A stretch of 64,000 nt of DNA, from the NCBI GenBank assembly GCA_963836755.1, contig CAWIKF010000001.1, positions 128,001 through 192,000 of the forward strand, written 5' to 3'. The notes beneath the pieces were generated by a model. It was not told where the DNA came from. It searched no databases and saw only the letters and a list, made by a program, of their open reading frames with translations. Shown here in pieces: positions 1-10,695 of this stretch. The translations under genes were made by a program, and so were the position numbers. The stretch comes from an uncultured Verrucomicrobiae bacterium (GTDB lineage Bacteria; Verrucomicrobiota; Verrucomicrobiia; Chthoniobacterales; Chthoniobacteraceae). The stretch's first letter is position 1. The number at the start of each line of letters is the position of its first letter.

Positions 1-3000
1 ACCTTGAGCGACTTCGCGCTGAATTTTCCGCGTGCGCCCATGTCGCGCAGGCCGCGCGCGAGCTGTGATGCGGCGAGGTCGTCGCCAGCGCACATTGCGG
101 CTTGGAGTTCTTCGCGGCCGCGCGTGGCGAGGACTTCGTCGAGCGCGTGTGCGGCGGCGGCGTGGAGTTGTTCGAGCGGGAGTGGCTTGGACGGAGTGGG
201 CGCGACGGACGCGGGCGTGCGTTCCCAATCGACGTGATAAAGCACGTCGCGCGTGCCGCCTGAAACGCCTGCGCGGCGGATGCCGGCGACGCTGATGGCG
301 CGGAAGCCATCGACGAGCACGCACGGCTGGCCGGCGTCGTCGTAGATGCCGAGGCGGCCCTCGAAGAATTCGTCGTTGCAGTGGACTACGCTCGCGCGCA
401 CGCGCGCCGACGCGCCGGGCGTGCGGAGGAAAAGGATGCGTCCGAAACGCACCGGCAGCTTCATGCTCGAGCCGCGCGTCTCGACCGTCGAGCGGCCCGC
501 GGAGAGGACGTGCAGCGCGCCATCGAGCAGCACGGGGTGCAGCGGATATTCGTCCGCGCGCTTCGCGATTTCCTCCGAGAGCGCGACGCGGCCCTGCGAT
601 TCACCCGCCGCCGCCGAGAGCTCGCGGACCGATCGGAACTCATCGCCGTATTTCAAGCCGAGGTCGGCCATGTAGCGGTAGAATGCCTCGACCTCGACAG
701 GCTGCAGCGACGGATTTGCGTCGAGCGTCGAGTGGGCAAACGGCGACTCGGTGCGCTCGCCGCGCATCGAGCCGACGACGTGCAGCGACCACGACGCGCT
801 GTTTTCAAAGCGGCTCTGAATGGCGAACGTGCGCTCGTTTTGATCGTAGGAAAACTCGATGCTCACGCCGGACGCGGGCTCGGGCAGGATGAGCGGTTTC
901 CGGATTTCGAAATCCTCGACGACGAACGCGCGGCCCTCGAACAACTGCACGCCGGCTTCGAGCACCAGCTCGACGAATCCGGCGGCGGGGAAGATGACAT
1001 GACTGTCCACTTTGTGGTCCTTGAGGAAGGCCATGTGGCGCGCGTCGAGGCGCGCGACCCACGTGGGCGTGGCGCGCGGCAGACGGACATCGAACATGCC
1101 GCGTCCGCCGGGCGCGAGGCGGCCTTCGCGCCAATCGGCGGCTTCGTTCCACCAGCGCGCTTTGTCCCACGCGTAGGCGGGCAGCGCGAGCAGGCGGCGC
1201 GAGGGCGTCATCGCGGCGAAGTCGAGTGCGACGCCGGCGCGGTGCAGGTCGGTCGCGGTTTCGAGCAGCGACTCGTGCTCGCGTTCTCGGCGGGCGGAGG
1301 AAAAGACAGGCGCCTTAGTGGTGCGCGCGGCGAGACATTCGTTGATGGATTGGACGAGCGCGGGATGCGCGCCGATTTCGAGCCACACGTCCACGCCGAA
1401 ATCCGCGAGCGCATTCACCGCGGGCGCAAACTGCACGGGCTGCCGCACGCCGCGGCCCCAGTGCTCTGCGTCGCACGTTTCGCCCGCGCAGCGTTCGCCG
1501 GTGACGGTGCTGAAAAATGGAATCGTGTCCGGCTGCGGCGCGAGATCGGCGATGGCAGCTTCGAGTTCCTCGGACGCGGGCCGCATGAGCGGGTGATGGA
1601 ACGGATGATCGACGCGCACGAGCCGCGCGAAGACGCCTTGCGGTTCCAGTTCGGCGAGCATCGCTTCGAGCGAAAGGCGCGGGCCGGCGAGGGTCAACGA
1701 ACGCGGGCCGTTGATCGCGGCGATCGTGACCGTGCGGTCGTGGCGCGAGATGAGCGTGCGCGCTTCGTCTTCGCCGAGGCCGACGGCGAGCATGGTGCCT
1801 TCGCCGCGCGCGCAGCCATCCATGAAACGCGAACGCAGCACGATGACGCGCGCGCCTTCCTCAATGCTGAACACACCGGCAACGCACGCTGCGGCGATCT
1901 CGCCAACGCTGTGCCCGACCACCGCCGCCGGCTCGATGCCCCACGAACTCCACAGCGCCGCGAGCGACACCTGCATCGCGAAAATCGCGGGCTGCGCGAC
2001 TTCGGTGCGGTGCATTTGCGACGCCGCTTCGTCGCGCGCGAGTTCGTCGAGCAGCGAAAATTTCGCCCACGGTTTCATTGCGACGGCGCAGCGCTCCATC
2101 GTTGCGCGGAAGACCGGTTCGTGCCGCATAAGTTCGCGGCCCATGCCCCACCATTGCGGACCCTGGCCGCTCATCACGAAGGCCACGCGCGGCGCGTGCT
2201 CGGGGCGCGGGGTGAAGCTCGTGCGCGCCTTCACCGTCTCGCCTTTGACCCCGAATGCGTCGAGTTCCTGCACCAATTCGGGCATCGAATTCGCGATGAC
2301 GGTGAGGCGGTGCTGATGATGATTGCGGCGCGCGCCGAGCGAGTAGACGAGGTCGGGCAGCATCGGCGAATCACCGTTGGCGTGCGCGCGCTCGTCGAGC
2401 CACTTCGCGAGCTGGAGCGCGGTGCCGCGCAGCGCTTCTTCCGAACGCGCGGAGAGGACGATGGGCCAAGGGCGTTCGACGGGTTCGTCGGCATGTTCAT
2501 GGTGCGGGCGATGCGGCGGCTCCTCGAGGAGGACGTGCGCGTTCGCGCCGCCGAAGCCAAATGAGTTCACGCCCGCCATGCGCGGCCCGACCGTTTCGGG
2601 GAAAGGCTCGAGCGTGGTGTTTACGCGGAGCTTCAGCTTCTCGAAATCGATGTTCGGATTCGGCGTTTCAAAATGGAGATTCGCGGGAATCTGCCGGTGC
2701 TTGAGGACGAGCACGGCTTTGACGAGGCCGGCGACGCCCGCGGCGGTTTCCAAGTGGCCGAGGTTCGTTTTCACCGAGCCGATGACGAGCGGCTCCGTGC
2801 GGTCGGCGCAGAGTGCTTCCGCGAGCGCGTGAGCCTCAATCGGATCGCCGACCGCGGTGCCGGTGCCGTGCGCTTCGACGAAGCCGATCCGCGAGGGCGC
2901 GACGCCCGCGAGCTCGCAGGCGTCCTTCACGAGCTGCGCCTGCGCCTCGGGGCTCGGGAGCGAAATGCCGTTCGTGTGGCCGTCTTGATTCAGCGCGGTC

Positions 3001-3805
3001 GCGACGATGACGCCGTGGATCGGGTCGCCGTCGGCGACGGCCTGCGAGTAGCGCTTGAGCAGCACCATGCCCGCGCCTTCGCCGCGCACGAAGCCGTTCG
3101 CGGAGGCGTCGAACGCCTTGCACTTTGCCCTCGGGCGAAAGCATCGACGCCTGCGAAAAGCCGATGAAGCCGCCAGGGGTGATCATCACCGTCACGCCGC
3201 CCGCGAGCGCGGTGTCGCCGCGGCCGGAGCGGATGTGCTCGCACGCCGCATGCACGGCGGTGAGCGCGGACGAGCATGCCGTGTCCATCGCGACGCTCGG
3301 TCCGCGCAGGTTCAGGCAGTAGGAAATCCGGTTGGCGGCGATGCTGTGCGCGCTGCCCGTCGGCGAATGCGCGGTGATGCCCGTGCGACTCCCACGGCGT
3401 GCCTTGGATCACTTGGTAATCATTGTGCGAAATGCCGACGAACACGCCGATGTCGGTGCCGTTTTCAAAATCGAGAACCAAACCTGCGTCTTCGATCGCC
3501 TCCCAGGCCGTCTCAAGAAGGAGACGTTGCTGGGGATCGACGTAGGGCGCCTCGCGCGGTGAGATCCCGAAAAACTGCGGGTCAAACTGATCGATGCCAT
3601 CAATGAAGCCGCCGCGCCGCGCGACTGACTTTCCGACAATTCCTGGCTCGGCATCGTAAAAACGCTCGACATTCCACCGATCGGGCGGCACGTCGCCAAC
3701 GGCCTCGCGACCCTCGACTAAAAGTTTCCAGAGCGCGTCCGGGTCGTTGACTCCTCCGGGAAATCGGCAACCAATTCCGATGATGGCAATGCGGTCTTTG
3801 GGCAT
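1..3805 (-). CDS. Type I polyketide synthase, N-terminal part (KS-AT-DH, continuing off the left edge); two apparent +1 frameshifts
   Basis: Starts MPKDRIAIIGIGCRFPGG. KS motifs DTACSS, EAHGTGT and KTNLGHLE; AT GHSVG (~1902-1916); DH DHKVDSHVIFP (~990-1020) and HPVLLDGALH (~510-540). The frame is broken by one extra base at CCC 3380-3382 and at TTT 3124-3126. The frame below 3122 was spot-checked as consistent through AT and DH to ~225. Confidence 0.93.
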
Positions 3806-3974
3806 AAACTTTTAGCGTGCTGGAAGCGCGCGATTCACAGGTCGCAACACGGTTTCGTCAAGGTTCGATTTTTGTGCGGAGTTTTCAAAGCCTCCGCCTA
3901 TTGGACCTTGGTCTTACTCCGCTGGCACAAGAAACCCGTCGCCAACCAATGGCGTCCGCGTTAGAGGAAGAAAC

Positions 3975-5909
3975 ATGTGCGGCATCGCAGGCATTCTTGA
4001 TCTCTCCGCGCGACGCACGGTGCCCGGCGAGATTGCCCGACAAATGGCCCGCGCCCTCGTGCATCGCGGTCCGGATGAAGAGGGTTTTCATTTCCGACCC
4101 GGCCTCGCGCTCGCCTCGCGCCGGTTGAGCATTGTCGGCCTCGCGGATGGGCAGCAGCCGGTGACGAACGAGGACGGGAGCGTTGTCGTGGTTTTCAACG
4201 GCGAACTTTTCGATCATCTCGAAAAACGCGCGGAGCTGGAGGCGCGCGGACATCGATTGGTGAAGCACTGCGACACGGAGATCATTCCGCACCTTTGGGA
4301 GGAACATCAGCACGCGATGTGGGAGCGGCTGCGCGGGCAGTTTGCGATTGCGCTTTGGGACGAGCGACGACGGCGGCTCGCGCTCGGCCGCGACCGCTTC
4401 GGAATCTGTCCGCTCTACTGGACGCGGCAGGGCGACTGGCTGCTCTTTGCGTCGGAAATTAAGGCGCTGCTTGCGTCGGGGATGGTGCCCGTGCGGCCGG
4501 ACCGGCGCGGCATCGATCACATTTTTTCTTTCGCCGCGCTGCCGGGACCGATCACGTGCTTCGAGGGCGTGCAGTTGCTGCGCGCCGGGCACTACCTCGA
4601 CATCGCGCCGGGCGGTGAAATCGTGGAGCGGGCCTATTGGGAAATGGATTTCCCCGACCATGGTGACGAGGAGCGCGGTGACGATCCGCGGAAACTCGTG
4701 GATGAATTTGAGCGGGTCCTACTGCGTGCGGTGGATACGCGGTTAAAAGCGGACGTGCCGGTCGGCTCGTATCTGTCCGGGGGCGTCGATTCCAGCATGA
4801 TCGCGGCGCTGGCCTGCCATTTGAAAGGCTCGGCAATCAACACCTACACGATTCGCGTGGATTCTCCCGAGCTGGACGAACTCGATGCTGCCAACCTCGT
4901 CGCGCGGCACATCAAGACAAAGCCGCCGGTCGTGCAGGAGTTTCGCGACAAGGACGCGGTAAATACTTATCCCGAGCTGATCCGAGCCGCCGAAGCGCCG
5001 GTGATCGATACGTCGTGCGCGGCGCTGCTGCAGCTCGCGCGGCGCGTGCACGAGTGCGGGCAAAAAGTTGTGCTCACCGGCGAGGGCGCAGACGAATGGC
5101 TGGTCGGCTACCCATGGTATAAGGCGGCGAAGGTGATGGAGTATCTCGACATTCTGCCCGGCGTGCGGCTGAGCGACATGGCGCGGCGCAGCTATCTGCG
5201 GCTGAACAAAGTGCCGCAATACCCGCGCGAATTTCGACGCGATGCCGAAGCTGCGGTTGGCGGCCCGAATGCGTGGATCGATTCCTACGGCCTGCTCGGC
5301 CTCTCAAAGCTCCGCTTTTACTCCGACTCGATGCACGCCATCCGCGAGCGGGCGAGGCCGTGGGAAGATTTGCAGATGCCGCTCGAACGCGCCAAGCGAT
5401 GGCATCCGCTCAACCGCGGCATCTGGATCGCGGGCCGCGTCACGCTCGCGGGACATTTGCTTCAGGCGAAGGGTGATCGCGTGTCGATGCATTCCTCCGT
5501 GGAAGTGCGGTATCCGTTTCTCGACGAGGAAGTTTTCGATTTCACGTCGCGCCTCGATCCGATGTGGAAATTGCGCGGCTTTCGCGACAAGCATCTGCTG
5601 CGAATGCTCGCAGAGCGGTGGCTGCCGGCGTCAGTTTATCGGCGCCAAAAGGTCATCTTCCGCGCGCCGCTCGACAGTTTCCACATGGACCCGGAGCCGC
5701 CTTACGTGGCGCAGCTTTTGAGCGAAGAATCGCTCTTGCGCACCGGCTACTTTGATCCCATCGCGGTGCAGCATTGGCGGCGCGCCTTTCGCCAAATGCG
5801 GCCGGGTTCATTGCCGCGGCTCTCGATTGAAGGCGGCCTCGCGGCAGTCGTGGCGACGCAGCTTTGGCACCACCTCTACATTGACGCTAGCCTCGCTGAA
5901 CTGCCATAG
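3975..5909 (+). CDS. asnB: Asparagine synthetase (glutamine-hydrolysing)-family amidotransferase
   Basis: N-terminal MCGIAG (Ntn Cys), HRGPD, FNGE, SGGVDSS PP-loop, TGEGADE, EVRYPFLD. Confidence 0.92.
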   Translation: MCGIAGILDLSARRTVPGEIARQMARALVHRGPDEEGFHFRPGLALASRRLSIVGLADGQQPVTNEDGSVVVVFNGELFDHLEKRAELEARGHRLVKHCDTEIIPHLWEEHQHAMWERLRGQFAIALWDERRRRLALGRDRFGICPLYWTRQGDWLLFASEIKALLASGMVPVRPDRRGIDHIFSFAALPGPITCFEGVQLLRAGHYLDIAPGGEIVERAYWEMDFPDHGDEERGDDPRKLVDEFERVLLRAVDTRLKADVPVGSYLSGGVDSSMIAALACHLKGSAINTYTIRVDSPELDELDAANLVARHIKTKPPVVQEFRDKDAVNTYPELIRAAEAPVIDTSCAALLQLARRVHECGQKVVLTGEGADEWLVGYPWYKAAKVMEYLDILPGVRLSDMARRSYLRLNKVPQYPREFRRDAEAAVGGPNAWIDSYGLLGLSKLRFYSDSMHAIRERARPWEDLQMPLERAKRWHPLNRGIWIAGRVTLAGHLLQAKGDRVSMHSSVEVRYPFLDEEVFDFTSRLDPMWKLRGFRDKHLLRMLAERWLPASVYRRQKVIFRAPLDSFHMDPEPPYVAQLLSEESLLRTGYFDPIAVQHWRRAFRQMRPGSLPRLSIEGGLAAVVATQLWHHLYIDASLAELP

Positions 5910-5912
5910 GCG

Positions 5913-6683
5913 TCACGGCAATTTCTCGAGGATCTCGCGCCCGCGCTGCTTCGTCTCCGGATCATCCTTTTCTGTATCAGGCATCGAGAGGCCCTTGGTG
6001 ATGAAGTTCCTCGCTTCCGCGGTTCTGCCCATCGCGGCATAGGTGCGACCGAGCTCGATGTAGTGCATGAGTCGATTCGGATTGAGCTCGATTGCTTTCT
6101 CGAAGCACTTCTCCGCATCTTCGTATTTTGCATGTGGCAGCTTGCCGTAGAGCATCTCCACCAGAGCGCGCTTTACGGTGCTCACATTGGCGACGTTGAA
6201 ATACCAGCGACCGAGGACATGCCAGCCGAAGTCGTTCGTCGGGTCGAGCGCGATCACCTTGTCGGCAGCCGCTTTGATCACGCTCGAGTTGGCAAACTGC
6301 TCCTTGTTGCTTTCAAATGGCAACAGCTTTCCGAGGCTGATGGCCAGCGCGAGGTGCGCCTCCGGGTCGTCCGGTGCTAGCGTCACCGCACGCTGCGAAT
6401 ACTCCACCGCCGTCTTGCCAAGCTCCACTTTTGCTTGGCGCTTCGTCGCGTCACTCATCAGATGCCGATATTGCCGCGCGATGCGCACCAGCAGGCGCGC
6501 GTTGTCTGGGTCCAGCTTTTCTGCCGGAAGATAAAAGTTCAGCGCCGCGGCCGGCTGTAGCTTGTCGTAAAAAACGTCGCCCTTTTGAATCAATTCCGTT
6601 GCCGAAACCGCACCGTTTCCCGTGCTCGCGAGTGCCAGCGCAGCCACTGCCGAGAGAGTGTAGACGAGAAAGGCGGGGCGCAT
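5913..6683 (-). CDS. Secreted TPR protein, RMD1/RMDN-like
   Basis: N-terminal signal-peptide-like stretch; TPR-like helices; WHVLGRWYFNVANV...YEDAEKCFEKAIELNP. Confidence 0.75.
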   Translation of the reverse strand: MRPAFLVYTLSAVAALALASTGNGAVSATELIQKGDVFYDKLQPAAALNFYLPAEKLDPDNARLLVRIARQYRHLMSDATKRQAKVELGKTAVEYSQRAVTLAPDDPEAHLALAISLGKLLPFESNKEQFANSSVIKAAADKVIALDPTNDFGWHVLGRWYFNVANVSTVKRALVEMLYGKLPHAKYEDAEKCFEKAIELNPNRLMHYIELGRTYAAMGRTAEARNFITKGLSMPDTEKDDPETKQRGREILEKLP

Positions 6684-6772
6684 GTCTTCGTAAGTCGGGG
6701 TCGGCTCTATTGATCATTCGTCGTCGCGGACTCCACCATCGAAAGTTCATCACGCCGACAATTTTTCAATGC

Positions 6773-8065
6773 TCATTTCTTCACCGCCGCCTCCACGAAC
6801 CGGCCCGCGTTTAGAAGCTCCGCTTCGCTCAGCCGCGGCCCGATCAATTGCAGGCTCGCCATGGGAAAGTGGTCATGACGCAGGGGAACCGGCACAGCCA
6901 GCGCGGGGTTGCCGGCGAAATTTGCCGGCACCGTATTTTGAAGCTGGAGCGTGATCGCTTCCATAATTCCTACTTTGAAATTGAGGGAATATACTGGCGG
7001 CGGCTTCTGCATCGTGGGCAGCGCAATGAAATCTACTTTCTTGAAAATCTCCTTCAGTGTGTGCTGCCACGCGGCTTGTCTCGCGAGAGCCTGACGGTAA
7101 GAGGTCCGGTAGGCTACCCGCCCTGCGAGGATTACCACCTTTGACCGAAGGCTCACTCCCAGCGCGTAGCGGTATTGGCTGTCGCTCAGCCAGGCTCCGG
7201 TGGCGGCAATGGCATTGCCATCTTTTTTTGCTTGCTCCCATTTGTTGGAAAAATCTTCGTCCAGCGGGATCACCTGAAAGCCCGCCTTGGCCAGCGCATG
7301 GTCCACGGCAAGGTCGACCTTCGGGTCCGTGTTATTCAGCTTTAGGCGTCCGATCCGGATAGTCGCCGCAGAAGGTTTGGCGACTTTCGCCGCTTCATAT
7401 TTGGCAGCGAAATCATTCTCCAGCAGTTCCATGCCCTGCACGGTGCGGGTGATATCTTTTGCCATCGGGCCGACGGTATCGAGGTGCTTCGGCTCGATCG
7501 GATGAATTCCTTTGAGAGAAACCAGGCCATGCGTCGTCTTCAAACCCACCACGCCGCAGCAAGCCGACGGCACTCGGATCGAGCCAGCCGTGTCCGTTCC
7601 GAAAGCTACGTCCGCCATTCCGCTCGCCACTGCTACCGCCGAGCCGCACGATGAACCTCCGGGGATGAGCTGTCGCAAGTGGTTGAATGGATTTTTTGGC
7701 GTTCCGAAATAATCGTTGATCCCGGACGGAGAGATCGCGAACTCAGTCAGATTCGTCTTGCCTACGAACTGCACACCGCGCTGCCGCGCAATCGCCAGAC
7801 ACGGCGCGTCCTTTTCTGCCGGCTTATGGGATTTCGCAAAAAGCTCCGAGCCCGCCGTGGTCACCACGCCCTTCATGTCGATGTTGTCCTTTACCGCCAG
7901 CCGCAGAGCGTGGCTGCCATGCGGCGGAGGCCAGTAGGCGATGAATGCGCGATTGCCCGAAAGTCTCGAATGAAAGCGCGGCAATATTGAACAACCGCCA
8001 AATAGGACGATTGATGCCAGCCCGACCGAAAACAATCTAAAGAAAGCGGGGCGAAAATCCTTCAT
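6773..8065 (-). CDS. Amidase-signature family protein, probable lipoprotein
   Basis: AVKDNI, GGSSCGS and GTDTAGSIR give a Ser-cisSer-Lys triad; ATG at 8065 yields a signal peptide ending LFGG-C. Confidence 0.88.
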   Translation of the reverse strand: MKDFRPAFFRLFSVGLASIVLFGGCSILPRFHSRLSGNRAFIAYWPPPHGSHALRLAVKDNIDMKGVVTTAGSELFAKSHKPAEKDAPCLAIARQRGVQFVGKTNLTEFAISPSGINDYFGTPKNPFNHLRQLIPGGSSCGSAVAVASGMADVAFGTDTAGSIRVPSACCGVVGLKTTHGLVSLKGIHPIEPKHLDTVGPMAKDITRTVQGMELLENDFAAKYEAAKVAKPSAATIRIGRLKLNNTDPKVDLAVDHALAKAGFQVIPLDEDFSNKWEQAKKDGNAIAATGAWLSDSQYRYALGVSLRSKVVILAGRVAYRTSYRQALARQAAWQHTLKEIFKKVDFIALPTMQKPPPVYSLNFKVGIMEAITLQLQNTVPANFAGNPALAVPVPLRHDHFPMASLQLIGPRLSEAELLNAGRFVEAAVKK

Positions 8066-8291
8066 GCTGTTGCGCGATGCTACGTCCCCGCCGCGACAAA
8101 GCCAAGAATTTGTCAGGTCTGCAGCCGACTCTCCCCGACCCCAAACCAAAGTGAATAAAGACGCTTCGCGCTCGGAGTAGCGGTTTGCGTCCCGGTCGGT
8201 GCGATGATGAGACGGTGGAGATTTTGCAATTGCACGGCTTGGCGCGCGAGGGTTTTTGCGCGAGGGTGCGGCGGTGATTGCTGAAACAAAA

Positions 8292-9380
8292 ATGCCGATC
8301 AAGGCTTTGTCTTTCGAAGAAATCGAGGCGCGCTTGCTGGCGCTCGGGCAGAAGAAGTATCGCGCGAAGCAGGTGGTGCAATGGCTTTATGAGAAGCGGG
8401 TGAGGTCGTTCGCGGAGATGAGTGATCTGCCGGCGGCGTTGCGCGAGCAGCTGGCTGCGGAGTTTTCGTTCGATGAGTTGACGCCGGTGCGGAAGACGGG
8501 GTCGCGCGATACGACGCAGAAGTTTTTGTTTCAATTGGGCGACGGGAGTTTGATCGAGTCGGTGCTGATCCCGGCGTCCCCAGCGCTGTATAGTGAGACG
8601 TCGGATCGGCGGACGATCTGTGTCTCGACGCAGGTCGGGTGCGCGTATGGGTGCAGGTTTTGCGCGAGCGGGCTGGATGGATTTTCGCGGAATTTGAGCG
8701 CGGGGGAAATTGTAGAGCAGATTTTGCGGGTGGAGGAGAGCAGCGGCGAACGGGTGGATAATGTGGTGTTCATGGGGATGGGGGAGCCGCTGGCGAATTT
8801 CGAAAATCTGTGCCGGGCGCTGACGATCATTAATGCGCACTGGGGAATTGGGATCGGTGCCCGCCACATCACGGTCTCGACGAGTGGGCTGGCGCCGCGG
8901 ATTCGCGAGCTGGCGGAGCTGCCGCTGACGGTGCGGCTGGCGATTTCGCTGCACGGGGCGACGGATGAGGTGCGGGAAAAAATCATGCCGGTGAACCGGA
9001 AGTATCCGCTGGCGGAGCTGCTCGATGCGTGCGGTTTTTGGATGCGCAAAAAACGGAAGGGGCTGACGTTTGAATACATCCTCATCCACGAGGTGAATGA
9101 CACGGCGGAGCAGGCGCACGCGCTGGCGCGGCACGCGGTGCGACTCGGCGCGAAGGTAAATTTGATCCCATACAATACGGTGGAGGGTTTGCCGTGGGAG
9201 CGCCCGCCGGTGCCGCGGCAGGAGGCGTTTTTGCGCATTTTGAGAAACGCGGATGTCGTGGCGACGATTCGCCGCGAGAAGGGTCACGATATCGACGCGG
9301 CGTGCGGGCAATTGCGACTGCGGACGGCGCGCGAGCTCGCCGGCGACAAATCTTTTGCAGAAAGCGCGAACGAGCATTAA
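8292..9380 (+). CDS. rlmN: 23S rRNA m2A2503/tRNA radical SAM methyltransferase
   Basis: CAYGCRFC (CxxxCxxC), MGMGEP, IDAACGQL. Confidence 0.95.
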   Translation: MPIKALSFEEIEARLLALGQKKYRAKQVVQWLYEKRVRSFAEMSDLPAALREQLAAEFSFDELTPVRKTGSRDTTQKFLFQLGDGSLIESVLIPASPALYSETSDRRTICVSTQVGCAYGCRFCASGLDGFSRNLSAGEIVEQILRVEESSGERVDNVVFMGMGEPLANFENLCRALTIINAHWGIGIGARHITVSTSGLAPRIRELAELPLTVRLAISLHGATDEVREKIMPVNRKYPLAELLDACGFWMRKKRKGLTFEYILIHEVNDTAEQAHALARHAVRLGAKVNLIPYNTVEGLPWERPPVPRQEAFLRILRNADVVATIRREKGHDIDAACGQLRLRTARELAGDKSFAESANEH

Positions 9381-9389
9381 CTAGAAGCG

Positions 9390-10034
9390 ATGGCCGACGA
9401 CGAGCCGCCAGCACGGATGTGGGATGAATACGATTGGGAGCGCTTTCTGCAGCAGCAGGATCGCAAGACGGAGCGTTACATGGAGCTGCTGGAAAAATAC
9501 ATCGATGATCCGAATCGCGACCAAATCATCGCGTGCGAGATGGGCTGGCATCATCTGCTCAATGACGAGGAGATGGAGGATATCGATTCGCAATTTTCGG
9601 AGGAGATGAAGTCGCTGGCGGCCGAGGAAGACATGGATCTCGACGCAGAAGCGGAGGCGTTCGAGGCGCATCCGCTGTATCAGGCATCATTCGCGCTGAC
9701 GGTCTGGCTGGATCAATTTTTCGACGACAACGGCGATCTGCAAAATCACCCGACCGCAGTGAAGCTCGCGACGCAATGCGCGATCGCGAGCGCGAAGCTC
9801 GCGGCTGCGCTCAGCGATGACGATGTGGATGAAATCGGGATGACGATCGCGTATTTAAAACGGGCGCTGAAGGCCGTGACGAACGCGATCGACGCCGGCG
9901 CGCAATTAAAAAAAGAAATCAATCTCAGCACCGCGCGGTGTGCGTCGCTCAACCATCGCCTGTTTCAGATTCGCGACCGAATCATCGCGCTCATGGGCGA
10001 ATACCGCTGCGAATGGCGCCGGCGCCAAGGGTGA
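9390..10034 (+). CDS. Hypothetical protein, acidic N-terminus and helical C-terminus
   Basis: 214-aa ORF packed between rlmN and the sigma gene on the same strand; protein-like composition. Confidence 0.75.
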   Translation: MADDEPPARMWDEYDWERFLQQQDRKTERYMELLEKYIDDPNRDQIIACEMGWHHLLNDEEMEDIDSQFSEEMKSLAAEEDMDLDAEAEAFEAHPLYQASFALTVWLDQFFDDNGDLQNHPTAVKLATQCAIASAKLAAALSDDDVDEIGMTIAYLKRALKAVTNAIDAGAQLKKEINLSTARCASLNHRLFQIRDRIIALMGEYRCEWRRRQG

Positions 10035-10074
10035 AAATTTTTCGAATGAAGTCCCTGCGGCTTCGTCAAACACC

Positions 10075-10695
10075 GTGCCGTTAGCAGCTGAACCCGTAGC
10101 CGAGCCGCTCTCCACGGCGGCCGAGGACGCCGTGCTGGTGGCCCGCTGCCAGCGTGGCGACACGCAGGCTTTTAATGAGCTGGTTACCAAGCATCGCCAA
10201 AAAGTTTACGCAATGATTTACAACATGGTTCGCAACGAGCAGGACGCGTGGGACCTCGCGCAGGATGGATTCCTGAAGGCGTGGAAATCGATCGCGCGTT
10301 TCCGCGGCCAGTCCTCTTTTTACACGTGGCTCTATCGCATCATGATGAACGTCACGATCGATTGGGTGCGCAAAAAACGCATCGAAAGCCAAGCGGAATT
10401 TGACGAGACGCTTGGGCTGCGCGGCGTCGAGGCCGGCGCGGTGACGGCGCCAAAACAGGACGCACTGCCGTTAAAAAAAATGGAGCAGGTGGAGATTCGT
10501 GCACGCATCGATGCGGCGGTGGAAAAGCTGACGCCCGAGCATCGCGCGGTGATTTTGATGCGCGAGATGGACGGCCTCGAATACCAGGAAATCGCCGACG
10601 CGATGGAATGCTCGATCGGAACGGTCATGTCGCGCTTGTTTTACGCCCGCAAGAAACTGCAGGTCCTGCTGAAAGACGTTTATGAAAACATTTGA
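10075..10695 (+). CDS. ECF RNA polymerase sigma-70 factor (start uncertain)
   Basis: DAWDLAQDGFLKAW, FYTWLYRI, region 4 YQEIA...GTVMSRLFYAR. Confidence 0.92.
   Translation: MPLAAEPVAEPLSTAAEDAVLVARCQRGDTQAFNELVTKHRQKVYAMIYNMVRNEQDAWDLAQDGFLKAWKSIARFRGQSSFYTWLYRIMMNVTIDWVRKKRIESQAEFDETLGLRGVEAGAVTAPKQDALPLKKMEQVEIRARIDAAVEKLTPEHRAVILMREMDGLEYQEIADAMECSIGTVMSRLFYARKKLQVLLKDVYENI

Noticed and set aside
381..2564. 727-aa plus-strand ORF
   Set aside because: Antisense shadow of the PKS; Arg-rich with no motifs, while the minus strand has clear AT and DH motifs.
3124..3382. Programmed frameshifting or true pseudogenisation of the PKS
   Set aside because: No slippery heptamer; single extra bases in short homopolymers, and similar breaks in tkt point to sequencing error.
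8037..9377. 446-aa minus-strand ORF and G-rich skew over rlmN
   Set aside because: The ORF is a shadow of rlmN; the skew reflects G-ending codons and I cannot show it is significant.
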